Positions 25,451-40,200 of a stretch of 64,000 nucleotides of DNA are shown here, piece after piece; positions within the stretch are counted from its first letter, which is position 1; every line of letters starts with the position of its first letter. The position numbers and the translations under genes are program-made. The notes under the pieces were generated by a model. It did no database searches. It was given only the letters and a program-made list of their open reading frames with translations, and was not told the origin of the DNA. The stretch is taken from assembly GCA_977020255.1 (NCBI GenBank), contig CDROCS010002161.1, forward strand, positions 124,001 to 188,000, given 5' to 3'. The stretch comes from Obrimoposthia wandeli. Its lineage: Eukaryota.

Positions 25451-27527
25451 ATATTTTTAAATATCAAAGTAATCCGTATTCAATTTTTCTCGTTAAAATT
25501 GGTACATATTTTCAATTCTCCTATGAATATAAAAAATTAATTATATTAAATGTAAACCTACCTAAATATTTTGAATGTAAATTGCATATTTTATATGCAA
25601 CAATTTCTGGAGTATAGTTTTTTGAGAAATAATTTTTTCGAGATGTTCCATTAAATCTGGAGATAATTTAATATATAAATTATTCAGATTTTTTATCATC
25701 CATCTTATATAAACAATATATTTAAAATTGTTAATATTTAGTATGGTTATGTAAAATGTTTAGTCCATAATCTAACACTATAAATAATTAATTAAATCAA
25801 AATAACTATTATTTTTAAAAAAAAATTTAATCGATGGACCCTCTTAAGGTATAATTTGGGTGATTCTCTTTCTTTCAACTCGGCGATTGTTCTCCATCTC
25901 CACTATTTTTTTCATCCAATTGCTTTGCTCCAATTCGCGACCCTGTATTTATATTGCTCATCGGACCATCGCGGGCCCGAATGGCTTGATTTGGCCTTTA
26001 AATGGCCTCTAAGGCACTTCCTCAATCTGTGGGAACACTATGAGATTTTCAGTTTTAAAGAGGTTAATGGGGTTAATTAGTATTTTAGGGTGATGGACTT
26101 GGGGCAGGTAGAATAATAAAAGTATACGTTACTTTATATAATTCATAAAGTTATATATAGATATTTAGTGGCAGTGGTATGTGCGGACAAATTGATGAAT
26201 TTCAGAAGTCAAATGGTAAACCAGGAATCGCAGGGACCTGCTCGAAATCGCTCTTGACGGAATTCAAGTATAATATGCAAATTATTTTCCAATTTCATTT
26301 CCAAACCTTGACCACCGTACAATCCTCAGCCAGTAAACGGCACTTGTGCAGTTAAAAGGTGTATACACATCTCAGGCCATGTAAGGATTTTTAAACACTT
26401 ATTCCACACATATGAAAAAAAAATTCAATCCACACACACATACATCAAATTTCACTCCACACACATGCACGAAATTTTACTCCACACACATGCATGGTTT
26501 TAAAGGACAGTCTGAGTCTCCCGGGGGATGGGGTGGATTAGACCGAACATATCCACCTACTAACATAGTTGATGTGTTTGCAGCTTTGCGCACAAGCCTC
26601 GTATTCAAACATAATCGTTTTATTATAATATTATTATTTTAATATAATTTGGTTTTAGTCTTGTTATTATAAATTATATCTTATTTAACATAGTCATTAT
26701 AACTAACATTATAACATAAAAAGTCATTTTTACAAATACATTTATTTATCTTTGCGTGATTTACTTACACATTTTTGAAAACCATAAATTAAGTGAGTTA
26801 GAATCCCTTAAAATTACTTTATAACTTTGTCTTCTGAAACATGATTAGATTACATTCTCTAATTTTTTTGCAGTTTGAGTGGGGTAGATAAATTTAATCG
26901 TGAAATTCATAAAGGATAATTTTTCGGTTTTCGGAGTTCTGTTCATAAAGGCTATATACTAGCTGTTGTCGGACAGAGTTTTGAACACCGACAAATATAT
27001 TAAAAAGTAATCAATAAACAAGGCACAACTCAAATAATAAAAATTTTAAAATAAATTTCCAAATTTCCATTAAATTAGTTTATTAATATCTTGAATATCT
27101 TGAAGTCATACTATTATCTAATAGGCTATAAATTTGTAGAAGAGAATAAAATATCCAAGGGGTTCTATAAATATAATAGGATTTTAAAAGAAGCACTGAA
27201 TTTTGATTAAAATTAGAAGTTTATATTGATATCTAACTAATAAATCTGATTATGTTCGTGTATAAGGGGAACAATATTTCAACGATGATTAGCAATGTAT
27301 GTGTCATACGTAATAAGGTTAATTGATTTGACAATTACCAATATTGGCCACTCTTTCTCTTTCACAAACATAGATAGTTTTGATTAGTGGATTAATATCA
27401 TTAGCAGTCATAAATTGACTATCTGCTAAAGTAAATTGATTTCTGACATACAGTTTTTAACTTACCACATAGTATTGTTACTTTGTATAACTTGTTTGAT
27501 GAGAACTGCTAAATTTAGTAAAATTAA

Positions 27528-30500
27528 TATAAAACCATTTCATCATATTAAACTGAACTTTGATGCTGAGTATATCAAAATTAAAATGTATTATGTACTC
27601 ACTAATGAACCGATAACAGTTTCAAAGAGTTAATTTTTATTTATTTTATTGAAAAGTTCTTGTATGATTAAATATTTCATTTGTTTGAATATTATTGAGA
27701 CATAATGATACCTAAATTATGTTCTGCAGCGATTGTCGATGTTGTATATCTTTGGTTGTTCTGGATATCTACAATGGATTCACTATTGTAAATATTTTGT
27801 GTATGATTGATGATATATGTATGCACAAATTGCATATTTCACAATTTTCGTATTTTTCTTTATTTCATACAGTTTTATAATATTTTAATTTTAATCAGCT
27901 AATTATCGTTGAAGTAGTGTTTATCTAATATATTAGCATGATAAGGTTTTTTAGTTAGATATCAATATAGACTGTTCATTTTCTGAAGAATTCAGAAGAT
28001 TTTCGATATTTGGATAGACTCATGGTACTCTTTGTATTTTGCTCCACAATTCATCTCTATTCGTATAACCTTGCCCGTAATAAACTTCATATCTAAACAC
28101 TTCGAAACCATCCATTGAGAAATAAAATATTGCAACTATTGTATACCAGAATGACACGAGAATTGTTCAAAACAACCCGAGTTTGATGGGTAAGTGGGTG
28201 GGAACTATGCGCAATGTTCTGGATCTGAAAATAAAGTGGGTGGGGCAAAGTCGAAAACCTTAAATAAGTATGGGGAAATACAGATAACTTTAACCATAAA
28301 TTTTAATGGGTTGATGTGGTAATGTGTTAAAACAAGCGGAATTAGAACACTTGTTTGAACAACCATCCAGAGGAATCTTTAAGTGATTTTAATTAAACCA
28401 GAAAATAAGTCGGCTAATTGCCTGTTTGACCTCTGGCTATTTGATTACTGAATAAGCTAACGAATGTCATTGAAGCTAATTTATTTTAAGTAACTACTTT
28501 CCAAATTAAATGTTAGATACACACAACATCATTTTTATTGTATGTATATCTTAGGATTATTTTAGACTTATCCGAGAAAATACTGTTTTATCAGCGGACT
28601 TCAGCCACGGACTAACCTGGATAATTTTTTTTAAAATTAATTTTCTGATAAAGCAAATATATTTTTATTGTAAGAACTTTGAAGGATTACTCTGGGTTTA
28701 TCGGGAAAAATCAGTTTTATTTATCGGCAGCTCAAGACAAGAATTAGCTAGGGCGGTTAAATAAGCTAATTCACGGGAAAGGGTCAAAAAAAGGATATTC
28801 TTAAATATTTTAAAATCATTTTTGTTTAAAGAAAATTGAGAAAAATCGAATATTTTATCAGATAAAATTAACAAAACTTCATTTTTAAAGATTGAAAGTC
28901 ATTGCAAAACTCTCACCGAGACAGCTATCTTAAAAGAAAAGAATGCGCAAAAGAAAAGTATCATAACCAGAACTCATTTAATTACAAAGAATAAAAAAGA
29001 TTTATGTATCAAAGTATATTTATTTAACCTTTTAAATTTTATAGCATTGACTAAAGTTATTTTCTTATTTAAAATTAGATTTTTTCATATATTTTTGACG
29101 TTAATAATGCTTCCTTATGTATCATATAATGATTGAAAATTATTTGATGTTTAAATTTCATTATTTTAACTTTTAATCTATTTTTCTTCTGGAAATGCAC
29201 AATCAGTAAAAATTAACATACGATTAGATCATGATAGTTTATTTGTGTTAAAACAGTTTTTAAGAATTTCAAAGTTCTTCGCACCAGTTTCTCTTTCTAC
29301 ATGAGCTTTGAAACATATAATGTATTCAAATATATCTCCCGCACAACAAAATATTACGTATAAGTTGAGTAAGTTTTAAAATATCTGTAGTTTCATATAT
29401 TTGTATTGCAAAAACTTTCTAAATATCAAACGATTCAATACATTTGATTTTGTACTCTGCGATAGTCTGAAGATGTCGCGAAACTATAAGAGTATGCTTT
29501 GTAAATCTTTGCTGTGTGTTTCTCTGTAGATAATTGACACGATTTTATTGCAACAGGGATAACAAAAGATTCGCCAATAGAACTTAGCTTCATATATTTC
29601 CAAGTAAATATGAAACTTTCAACTATGCCTTTAAAACATGTTGTGGCACTGCAAAATGCTTTGCATGAAAGTTTTCTGATATTCTATATTATTGACACAT
29701 TTTTAAAAAAGCTTAAATTCTTATCAAATTGCCTATGAATTTTCGTTTCTAAATGTTTTTTAAATTTAATATACTTCATAATTTTGTTGTAAAATATTTG
29801 AAACACATAATGCATAATGAATTCTTATTTGATATATTTCTCTCGATATTTTCTACATTTTACCGTTCCTTTGATATAAGAAGACGAAAGCTCTTCACTA
29901 GCTTTTTGTGTCAGAATGACACTTGAAATACTAAAGTTCAAATTCTCACACTATATTTTTCTCTCTTTACTGTCTGTTACAGTTTCTTTATCAACATGAC
30001 TATCATCTTCGTTATTTTTAACCGACCTTTACTATTTACCTATTTATCCGTTGTATTATTTATTTTATCCATTTTGATTAAATAAATTTCAGCCTTTTAT
30101 GAGTGCAATAGGTCACAATTTTGATGTTTAATTATATGTACTTATCATACTTATAACTTCCTTAAGAACATGCGAAACTACTTTTACTTTTTGCTTAACA
30201 CAGCCTAAAATTATAATAGCCTTAGATATATGTATATGTAACAGTTTTTTTTGCAAATGTCTGCTTTTGTTATGAAACGACAGAACATCTTATCGTAAGA
30301 TTTTTTATTTGCATTTTTAATAATAGCTTAATTCCAAATAGGACTTAAAATTGGCACATGACAAAATTTTAACTTCAAACTATCTATTACCTTTCCAATT
30401 ATTTTATCGTAACCTCCATGACTTTGAAAATATGTGGTCTTGTATTATTCAGCTGAAAAATAGTATTGTCTGAATGAAAACTATCCAAAGTCATAATTAT

Positions 30501-33500
30501 TTCTTCAGATAAAGATTTATGATATTTTACTATGTTAAGAGTTTATTTGATTATTGTCATCCAAGCCATAATTTTGAAAATCAAAACATCCAGCCTTTAC
30601 CAGCTATATTATCTATAAAATCATTCTGAGTATATGAACTTAGGAAATTGTATAGTCAGGTACCAAAAAGCACTAGTCATTGACAAAAAATAAGGATTCT
30701 AAAGGTAGGTTTTGACGAAACCACTTTTTAATGATATTTATTAAGCTTTAAATGCGGTTGCAAACCTATTATTTTCAATTTTCACTATTTTAACCTAGAT
30801 CATTTGTAAAGAAACCTCTGAGGTGTTATTTGAGGTAAATGTTTGGTGAGATGACTATTTATAACTTTTGTTGTTCCTTGGCACCATAATTTCTTATCGT
30901 TTTGATAATTCCTAAATATTTATCTTGCTACTTTTTCAGTTTATTTACAATTGGTTTACGTCTCAATATAAGTTTTACATTTAAAACTTTATTTAATAGT
31001 CAATTTTTAAAATTATAGATCTTGATAAATTCCGTTATTTTAAAATTTTAAATATTGTAATAACAACGACTAAATGTCTCAAAAAGGCAATGTCATATCA
31101 TCTGAAATATCTTTGGAATATTTTGAAGTCATACTATTATCTAATAGACTATAAATTTGTAGAAGAGGATAAAATATCCAAGGGGTTCTATAAATATAAT
31201 ATGATTTTAAAAGAAGCACTGAATTTTGATTAAAATTAGAAGTTTATATTGATATCTAACTTATAAATCTGATTATGTTCGTCTATAAGGGGAACAATAT
31301 TTCAACGATGATTAGAAATGTATGTGTCATACGTAATAAGGTTAATTGCTTTGACAATTACCAATATTGGCCACTTTCTCTTTCACAAACCTAGATAGTT
31401 TTGATATTAGATTAATATCATTAGCAGTCATAAATTGACTATCTGCTAAAGTAAATTGATTTCTGACATACAGTTTTTAACTTACCACATAGTATTGTTA
31501 CTTTGTATAACTTGTTTGATGAGAACTGCTAAATTTCTATAATCTGTTTTTCCTCTATCAAATCCAGGAATTTAAATTGAAATAGAATCATATCAAATCG
31601 TCTTTTTAAATTTAATTTTAGAGACAACATTATTATTGCTGCTTTTTTGACCTTGATGAACAGAGATGCAAGAGGAGTTTACATTTCGTGAGAGTTGACA
31701 AAAAGGTCAAATATATTCTCAAGTTTCTTATTGTATCCAATAAAAGGGGTGAAATTGTTTAAAACAATCAAATAATTAAATTTTCATTTATTTGCTTACA
31801 AATTTGCCAAGGCTTATTTTGTGCAGATTTTTTTCGGGGTCGGAGGTGGGGTATAATCATTAGCGACAGTGTCTTCAGCTGGCACCGGGCTCTATTCATA
31901 ACACTCGTATTCGTATTTTATAATTCCTTGACAATATCTATAAGATTAAGAAAGTGATTTTTTATCACTTTCTACATAATATTTACAATCGTATACCTCC
32001 TTGGTTCTGACATAGCACATGCATATGCAATGTCCAGAATACAATTTGAAGATGAGAAAACGAATTTCACCATATGTCATGTTGAAAGTCTGTTATTGAT
32101 ATTATTAAAAAGTCTTCTATACTGCCTATTTTAGTAAAAGTTTCTAAATGTAATGTGTATTATTCAACTTTACAATACCTCGTTTATACTATTATATATA
32201 GTTGAGTTATTACATTAGTTATGTTAGCCTCTGATACGTGTACTATTAACAGAGTAGAACTCACTGAGGGTTATAGGCTAAATAATGACACTAACTATAC
32301 ACTAAAATGTGAAATATACAAGTATAAAAGTGGGAAATTAATAATTTGTTATTGTACTGTGCATCGACACTGTCGATTGGGTCGGACCGATGCTAAGATA
32401 GTCATCTGTGAAAATTTACTAAAAATGTAATAGATGCGATGATGAGATATTTGGTCTAAATAATTGAATGCTCACTTCAAACTAAGGTATTAGTAACGAA
32501 TGAAAATTACACATAAATATTTGAATTTGGTTATCACGTCTGCTGAATTCCAACCATATTTATTCCATGTTTTCAGGATATTTGCGAAAAGATTTTCGTA
32601 ATGAAAGTAGCTCAAAATTTCTAATATGTTACAGAAATTAGCTTATGCTAAATATGAAGTTAAATATACTTGCTTACGTGATAAATTTAAAGGGTGTTAC
32701 AAGTTCTGTAGGTAACTTTATTTTATTAAAATTGTCATAAAATTACTAACCAATATGTGACATTTCTTTCATTAAAACAACATACAAGCGAAATTAAATA
32801 TCCAAAAACTAAAATTCTTTAAAAAACAAAAGATTGCATAAATTTTGTCAAGGAACTTTTTGAAAACTATTCTTTCTTAGAAGAAAAAAGGATCTGAGTC
32901 TCTTAAAATTCGTTCAAAGCATAATGTAGTTTTTATTCCAGAAAGATTCAGCAAGAAGAAATGTATATTCAGAAATTACATCAGATAGTTAGCTTTAAAC
33001 GTTGCTCCCAAGAAAAATTTATTATTTAAACAATGACAACGAAAAATGATTGTTATTTCCCAATCCAATTTCATTGCCATTTTGCCATATATTTCTATTG
33101 ACTAAGTCAGGAAATAGACTTTTATGACATTTGTTTATGTAGTATTCACTAGACACGTGTGTATTTCATGTAATGGCGTACCGAAGGCATATTGGATTCG
33201 GAAGATGGCTTCAAATTCTAAACAGTTCCATGTACATCAAAAACCTTTACTCAACAAAAATTGTTTACAATATAATTGAAAAGAATTTAGGACGTTTCGG
33301 ACTTTTTTCTTCTAATTTTAAATTTATGAGATATTTTATATAATTTAGTTTAGTTGAAAATGGTGTTATAATAGGTTATTTTTTGGAATTCTAATAAAAC
33401 AGATTTGAATCAATTTATAAATTTTTTGGTCAATATTATTATAAAAGAATAAGATTTGAGTAAATTTATAATGAATAGTTATCTTTTTTTCTACGTCAGA

Positions 33501-33508
33501 CCTCAGCA
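27528..33508 (+). repeat. Copy 1 of a ~6 kb near-identical duplicated segment
   Basis: Colinear with 37233-42558 (copy 2 lacks ~29410-30120). A ~410-bp subunit also recurs at ~27100, ~31125 and ~40176. Confidence 0.9.
29130..30000 (-). pseudogene. Degenerate hAT (Buster/Charlie-type) transposase
   Basis: Minus frames give LKKHLETKIH, FAIQIYETTDILKLTQL (cf. FALQLDETTD), RETGAKNFEIL and IFTDCA (cf. TDGA). Confidence 0.65.
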
Positions 33509-35713
33509 ATCCTGCAATGGGCATTAACCCTGATTATAAAAAGATTCTAACAAAATGGGACATTCCATGATTTATGTTCACATAGATGACATCTTAATAA
33601 TTGATATAACAAAAGCACCAATGTGGGATTAAATTATATTTCGAAACATGTAATTTACAGATCAACCATGAGATGTCACTGTTAGTCCCGGTGCACAGAA
33701 TTACATACTGCAGTATGTTCATCGACCTAATTATGCAATACCCGGTAGAAATGGCCCACATGGGATGACATAATCCAATTATTCAAATCTAATTAATTTT
33801 CATATAAATTTACTGAAATCTTTCTTATTTTCTCTAAATTGACTCAACTTTATTTTAAAAAAACCAACTATGTATTTAAAATTTACTCAAATCTTATTCT
33901 TTTCTAATAATATTGACTCAAACGAGCTCATAAATTGACCAAAAACCCTATAAATTGGCAATAGAAAATCCAAAGATAACGAACTAAATTACAAAAAAAA
34001 TTAAAAATGTTATAAATTGACTAAAAATAACTATTAAAACTAAATCATTTTTAAATAAAATAAATGATTTGAAAACTAACAATTTCATATAAAATGGTTT
34101 ATATAAAAGTTTATCATAAAAAATCCAAAAAAAAACGAACAGTATCTTCAATTGAGTTTATAGTATAATACGTTATAAGATAAAAAATAATTTTAACATT
34201 GTAACTATATAATTTAATTAATCTGTATAAAATATTTAACTAAACTGTTCTAAGGGTATCCAAAATGAGAATATGCATATAAAAACATTCATTTATGTCG
34301 ACATTGAGGACCAGAATGTCCGCTGATTGCCCTTAATAAGATCAATCGAGTTTAACTAACATCCGAATACGATAAATCTAAACCCAGCCTTTGTACACTA
34401 CTGATTGGTGAACAGTAGCTCTTAAATCAAGCTATATGATCGATAAAACTATGAAATAGAGGTTCTTATGATAGGGGTAAATTATTGATTCTCATTAACT
34501 TATTTTTACGAGAGAACTTAGTTTACATTATTGTGTTAGCTGCAAAAAAATCAAATCAATCGAAACAAATATCAACATCACAAATAAAATAATTAAAAAT
34601 AAAGAAAAAAATAAAATCAATTTTAAAAAAATAAAATCAAAACAATGACTCTAAATTTCATCAGGTCAAACACTGTTACCGAATCACGACGTATGAATAA
34701 CAAAATATAAATCGAATCAGATTTGTTATTGTGAAAATAGAGACTTGGATTTTGGTGTTACATAAATTTTAAATATACATTATATTCGATTTGTTCGCTT
34801 GAAACTCAGCCTAGATATCCAGGACCCTTAAACCTAAATAAAGAATTAATACATTTTCGGAACGCTAAGACCCTTGAAAATCTTTGCATAATCAATTAGA
34901 TTAGTCGATCCACAAAACAGGCGATGTTGTCAACATAGATCAAGATTATTTATATAATAACTTATTACCGTTCAGAATTTTTTAACAAGAAATATCAAAT
35001 AAACACACAAAAGAAAAAAGAAAAAATTCGATCAAAAGCCTTAATTAGTAATACCTCTATCGTACTTATTTTAATAAAGTAATATTTTGATAAGGTAATT
35101 ATTCTAAACGTCGATATTTAAAAATGAGTTCGAATCAATTCGAGAGCAAAGTGAATCACATATATTTATATAGAAAAATGGAATTAAGCAGCTTTAAATT
35201 GTTTTTAAATTAATAAAATTTATAAGTTAAGAGTTATAAAATTTCTGCAAGTAATTAAAAATAAAATACAACTGTCGATTTTATGTAAACACAATTTCAG
35301 TTTTGAAATACTTTCGATATTTAGATTTTCGATTTGATATGAAGTAAATGATTTTAGATATCAAGCTGCATGAGAAATAAAATACACGTTGTTTTAAATA
35401 TATTTATGAGGAAATTTCATAAAATATAATTAAAGTGGGACTTAAAATAAAGAAACGATTATCAAAAATTTCTTATAATTTCACATTGAATTATACATTA
35501 AATTGTTCAGGCTAATTGAATAAAGTAGAATAAATTTATGTTTAAATTCATCCACTAATTTCTGATGTGTAGTTATTTTAATTCATCGGGACGTCTTGGT
35601 GCATGTGACACACACAATGTTAATTTGGTATAAATAATTCGTTATTTTACTCAATTTTCATTCTAAATTTTTTTAGCTATATATTCTATTTTTCCTAACT
35701 TCGACCATAGAGA

Positions 35714-36150
35714 ATGAAAACAACAGCGATTCTGACAGTGTTGGTTGTGTTTGTGATGTGCGTGATGTCGGAGGCATCTTTGAGTTCTGCCAGAGTGCAA
35801 GTTTCCCCAGACGGTACTTCTTTTTTTTCCCGCTCTCACAATCGAAATGCCCAGCCGGGGTAGTGTGTGTATGTGTTGATATCAGGGCTGCTCTACAGCT
35901 CAGATGACGCGCACACAAATACACCGACTGGTACAGATCGATGTAGTTTTGTGACGATGTACGTGTTTGAAACCGTGTAACCACCCATTCATCCAGGCAG
36001 CCGCTTCGTCTCTCTCAGAGGCAAGATCTACGACGCTAGCACAGACTACGATGTACGACTCGGTACCGGGGACCGCTGCACCATCTGCTACATCACGAAG
36101 GACGAGGACTCTGTGCTCTGTGTTGGGTATGATCATCATTATTAATTCTC
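35714..36150 (+). CDS. Possible small secreted Cys-containing protein gene (spliced or disrupted)
   Basis: ATG 35714 gives MKTTAILTVLVVFVMCVMSEA (signal-peptide pattern). Donor gtact at 35814. Downstream frame SRFVSLRGKIYDASTDYDVRLGTGDRCTICYITKDEDSVLCVGYDHHY*. GC-rich island with AATAAA at ~36361. Exon structure unresolved. Confidence 0.35.
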
Positions 36151-37232
36151 ACAGTTGACATCGCTGTCGTTGTACATCTATATAATTCTCATTTCACATT
36201 CAGACCGTCTCCAAGCATGATCAATGGAAAAGTCCGGTACCACTCAAAATGTTAGGAGGGACATCTAGAGTATCTAGAAGAACTTCCTGACATCATGTTC
36301 CAATTGTTTAGCGACAGAACTTCATGACTCATCGAGGAAGTTTTCTTTGTTTATGGAAGTAATAAAACATATTAATAATTTTGCTGGAATACAATTGTAT
36401 TTTTATTTATACTTTTCATTTTAAACAAATGAATAAAGCGAAAATACCATGGAGCTCCATAAATTATTATTCACATTGAAATATTTTCAGTACTTAATGA
36501 CCTAAGGCGTTACTATAATAATAGTATTTTAAATTTACCTAATATATTTCCTAGATAATTTATTTTCACATTTTAAGGTGTATTATTTTTTAACTTTCTA
36601 AAATTATTAATGAATAAAGGCCATTTTGAAAATATTAAAATTTATTCTATTCATCTTGCGAGTTTATCTAAACGCGGCTTCTTGTGAGGTGCCAAAATAT
36701 TTTAGATGTTGCAGAGAAAATGAAAAGTACTTAGAAATGTTCATACGGTGCAAAACAGTAATGCTAATATTTAAGAATAAATTTTATTCCATTAAAAGTA
36801 CAATATTTTTGACATGTAGTTCATTGTGTATAATGCAAAATATGGTCGAAGCTGTAATTTTCCTTTCATCAAACCAAGATTAGTAATTCATTAAAAATTG
36901 ATAGTCTGTGATCCGCGGTTCAAATTGTAAATAACCAAATATTCCAGCTCTAGCTTCTATCCACAAATACGAATATGAAAATCAGAATTTATTGAAATAA
37001 ATTCTGTGATTCATATATAATTTTTACTATATTTACTAAGTTTGTATGAAATAGTACTAGTAGGTACCACACCCAGAAAAGGTTGAGAAGCCCTGATATA
37101 TAGTAATTCAAAATTATCCAGTAATATATTGAGATAAATTTTTTCATTCAGTACTGGTTTTCTGGGTCATTGCAGTTTATTTGGGTTTTATCTTCACTCG
37201 ACACAAAATTTACGTGCTGATAGCTCTGTTAG

Positions 37233-40200
37233 TATAAAACCATTTCATCATATTAAAGTGAACTTTGAGGCTGAGTATATCAAGATTAAAATGTATTATG
37301 TACTCACTAATGAACCGATAACAGTTTCAAAGAGTTAATTTTTATTTATTTTATTAAAAAGTTCTTGTATGATTAAATATTTCATTTGTTTGAATATTAT
37401 TGAGACATAATGACACCTAAAGTATGTTCTGCAGCGATCGTTGATGTTGTATATCTTTGGTTCTGGATATCTACAGTGGATTCACTATTGTAACTATTTT
37501 GTGTATGGATATCTACAGTGGATTCACTATTTTAAATATTTTGTGTATGATTGATGATATATGTATGCACAAATTGCATATTTCACAATTTTCGTATTTT
37601 TCTACAGTTTTATAATATTTTAATCAGCTAATTATCGTTGAAGTAGTGTTTATCTAATATATTAGCATGATAAGGTTTTTTAGTTAGATATCAATATAGA
37701 CTGTTCATTTTCTGAAGAATGCAGTCATCTTTTAAAATCAGTAGATTTTCGATATTTGGATAGACTCATGGTACTCTTTGTATTTTGCTCCACAATTCAT
37801 CTCTATTCGTATAACCTTGCCCGTAATAAACTTCATATCTAAACATTTCGAAACCATCTATTGAGAAATAAAATATTGCAGCTATTGTATACCAGAATAA
37901 CACGATAATTGTTCAAGACAACCCGAGTTTGATGGGTAAGTGGGTGGGAACTATGCGCAATGTTCTGGATCAGAAAATAATGTGGATGGGGCCAAGTCGA
38001 AAACCTCAAATAAGTATGGGGAAATACAGATAACTTTAACCATAAACTTTAATGAGTTGATGTGGTAATGTGTCAAAACAAGCGGAATTAGAACACTGGT
38101 TTGAACAACCATCCAGAGGAATCTTTAAGTTATTTTAATTAAACCAGAAAATAAGTCGGCTAATTGCCTGTTTGACCTCTGGCTATTTGATTACTGAATA
38201 AGCTAACGAATGTCATTGAAGCTAATTTATTTTAAGTAACTACTTTCCAAATTAAATGTTAGATACACACAACATCATTTTTATTGTATGTATATCTTAG
38301 GATTATTTTAGACTTATCCGAGAAAATACTGTTTTATCAGCGGACTTCAGCCACGGACTAACCTGGATAATTTTTTAATATATTAATTTTTTTTAAAAAT
38401 AATTTTCTGATAAAGCAAATATATTTTATTGTTTGAACTTTGAAGGATTACTCTGGGTTTATCGGAAAAAAACAGTTTTATTTATCGGCAGCTCAAGACA
38501 AGAATTAGCTAGGGCGGTTAAATAAGCTAATTCACGGGAAAGGGTCAAAAAAAGGATATTCTTAAATATTTTAAAATCATTTTTGTTTAAAGAAAATTGA
38601 GAAAAATCGAATATTTTATCAGATAAAATTAACAAAACTTCATTTTTAAAGATTGAAAGTCATTGCAAAACTCTCACCGAGACAGCTATCTTAAAAGAAA
38701 AGAATGCGCAAAAGAAAAGTATCATAACCAGAACTCATTTAATTACAAAAAATAAAAAAGATTTATGTATCAAAGTATATTTATTTAACCTTTTAAATTT
38801 TATAGCATGACTAAAGTTATTTTCTTATTTAATATTAGATTTTTTCATACATTTTGGACGTTAATAATGCTTCCTTATGTATCATATAATGACTGAAAAT
38901 TATTTGATGTTTAAATTTCATTATTTTAACTTTAAATCTATTTTTCTTCTGGAAATGCAGTAAAAATTAACATACGATTAGATCATGATAGTTTATTTGT
39001 GTTAAAACAGTTTTTAAGAATTTCAAAGTTCTTCGCACCAGTTTCTCTTTCTACATGAGCTTTGAAACATATAATGTATTCAAATATATCTCCCGCACAA
39101 CAAAATATTACGTATAAGTTGAGTAAGTTTTAAAATATCTGTAGTTTCATATATTTGTATTGCAAAAACTGATGTTTAATTATATGTACTTATCATACTT
39201 ATAACTTCCTTAAGAACATGCGAAACTACTTTTACTTTTTGCTTAACACAGCCTAAAATTATAATAGCCTTAGATATATGTATATGTAACAGTTTTTTTT
39301 GCAAATGTCTGCTTTTGTTATGAAACGACAGAACATCTTATCGTAAGATTTTTTATTTGCATTTTTAATAATAGCTTAATTCCAAATAGGACTTAAAATT
39401 GGCACATGACAAAATTTTAACTTCAAACTATCTATTACCTTTCCAATTATTTTATCGTAACCTCCATGACTTTGAAAATATGTGGTCTTGTATTATTCAG
39501 CTGAAAAATAGTATTGTCTGAATGAAAACTATCCAAAGTCATAATTATTTCTTCAGATAAAGATTTATGATATTTTACTATGTTAAGAGTTTATTTGATT
39601 ATTGTCATCCAAGCCATAATTTTGAAAATCAAAACATCCAGCCTTTACCAGCTATATTATCTATAAAATCATTCTGAGTATATGAACTTAGGAAATTGTA
39701 TAGTCAGGTACCAAAAAGCATTAGTCATTGACAAAAAATAAGGATTCTAAAGGTAGGTTTTGACGAAACCACTTTTTAATGATATTTATTAAGCTTTAAA
39801 TGCGGTTGCAAACCTATTATTTTCAATTTTCACTATTTTAACCTAGATCATTTGTAAAGAAACCTCTGAGGTGTTATTTGAGGTAAATGTTTGGTGAGAT
39901 GACTATTTATAACTTTTGTTGTTCCTTGGCACCATAATTTCTTATCGTTTTGATAATTCCTAAATATTTATCTTGCTACTTTTTCAGTTTATTTACAATT
40001 GGTTTACGTCTCAATATAAGTTTTACATTTAAAACTTTATTTAATAGTCAATTTTTAAAATTATAGATCTTGATAAATTCCGTTATTTTAAAATTTTAAA
40101 TATTGTAATAACAACGACTAAATGTCTCAAAACGGCAATGATGTCATATCATCTGAAATATCTTTGGAATATTTTGAAGTCATACTATTATCTAATAGAC

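Larger units (their letters stand above)
23574..26561 (-). mobile_element. Polinton/Maverick copy A (terminal 3 kb, minus orientation)
   Basis: Terminus ...atccacctact at 26561. Inward: coiled-coil ORF relic (DEKIVEMENNRRVERKRITQIIP*EGPS, ~25840-26000), DEDD-like relic, Ala/Thr/Ser-rich segment, pPolB. Confidence 0.8.

Noticed and set aside
32221-32430. 69-aa ORF present three times (32221, 41275, 63297) as a conserved gene
   Set aside because: It starts at an arbitrary codon in AT-rich DNA, has no recognisable motif, and recurs only because the surrounding repeat is duplicated.
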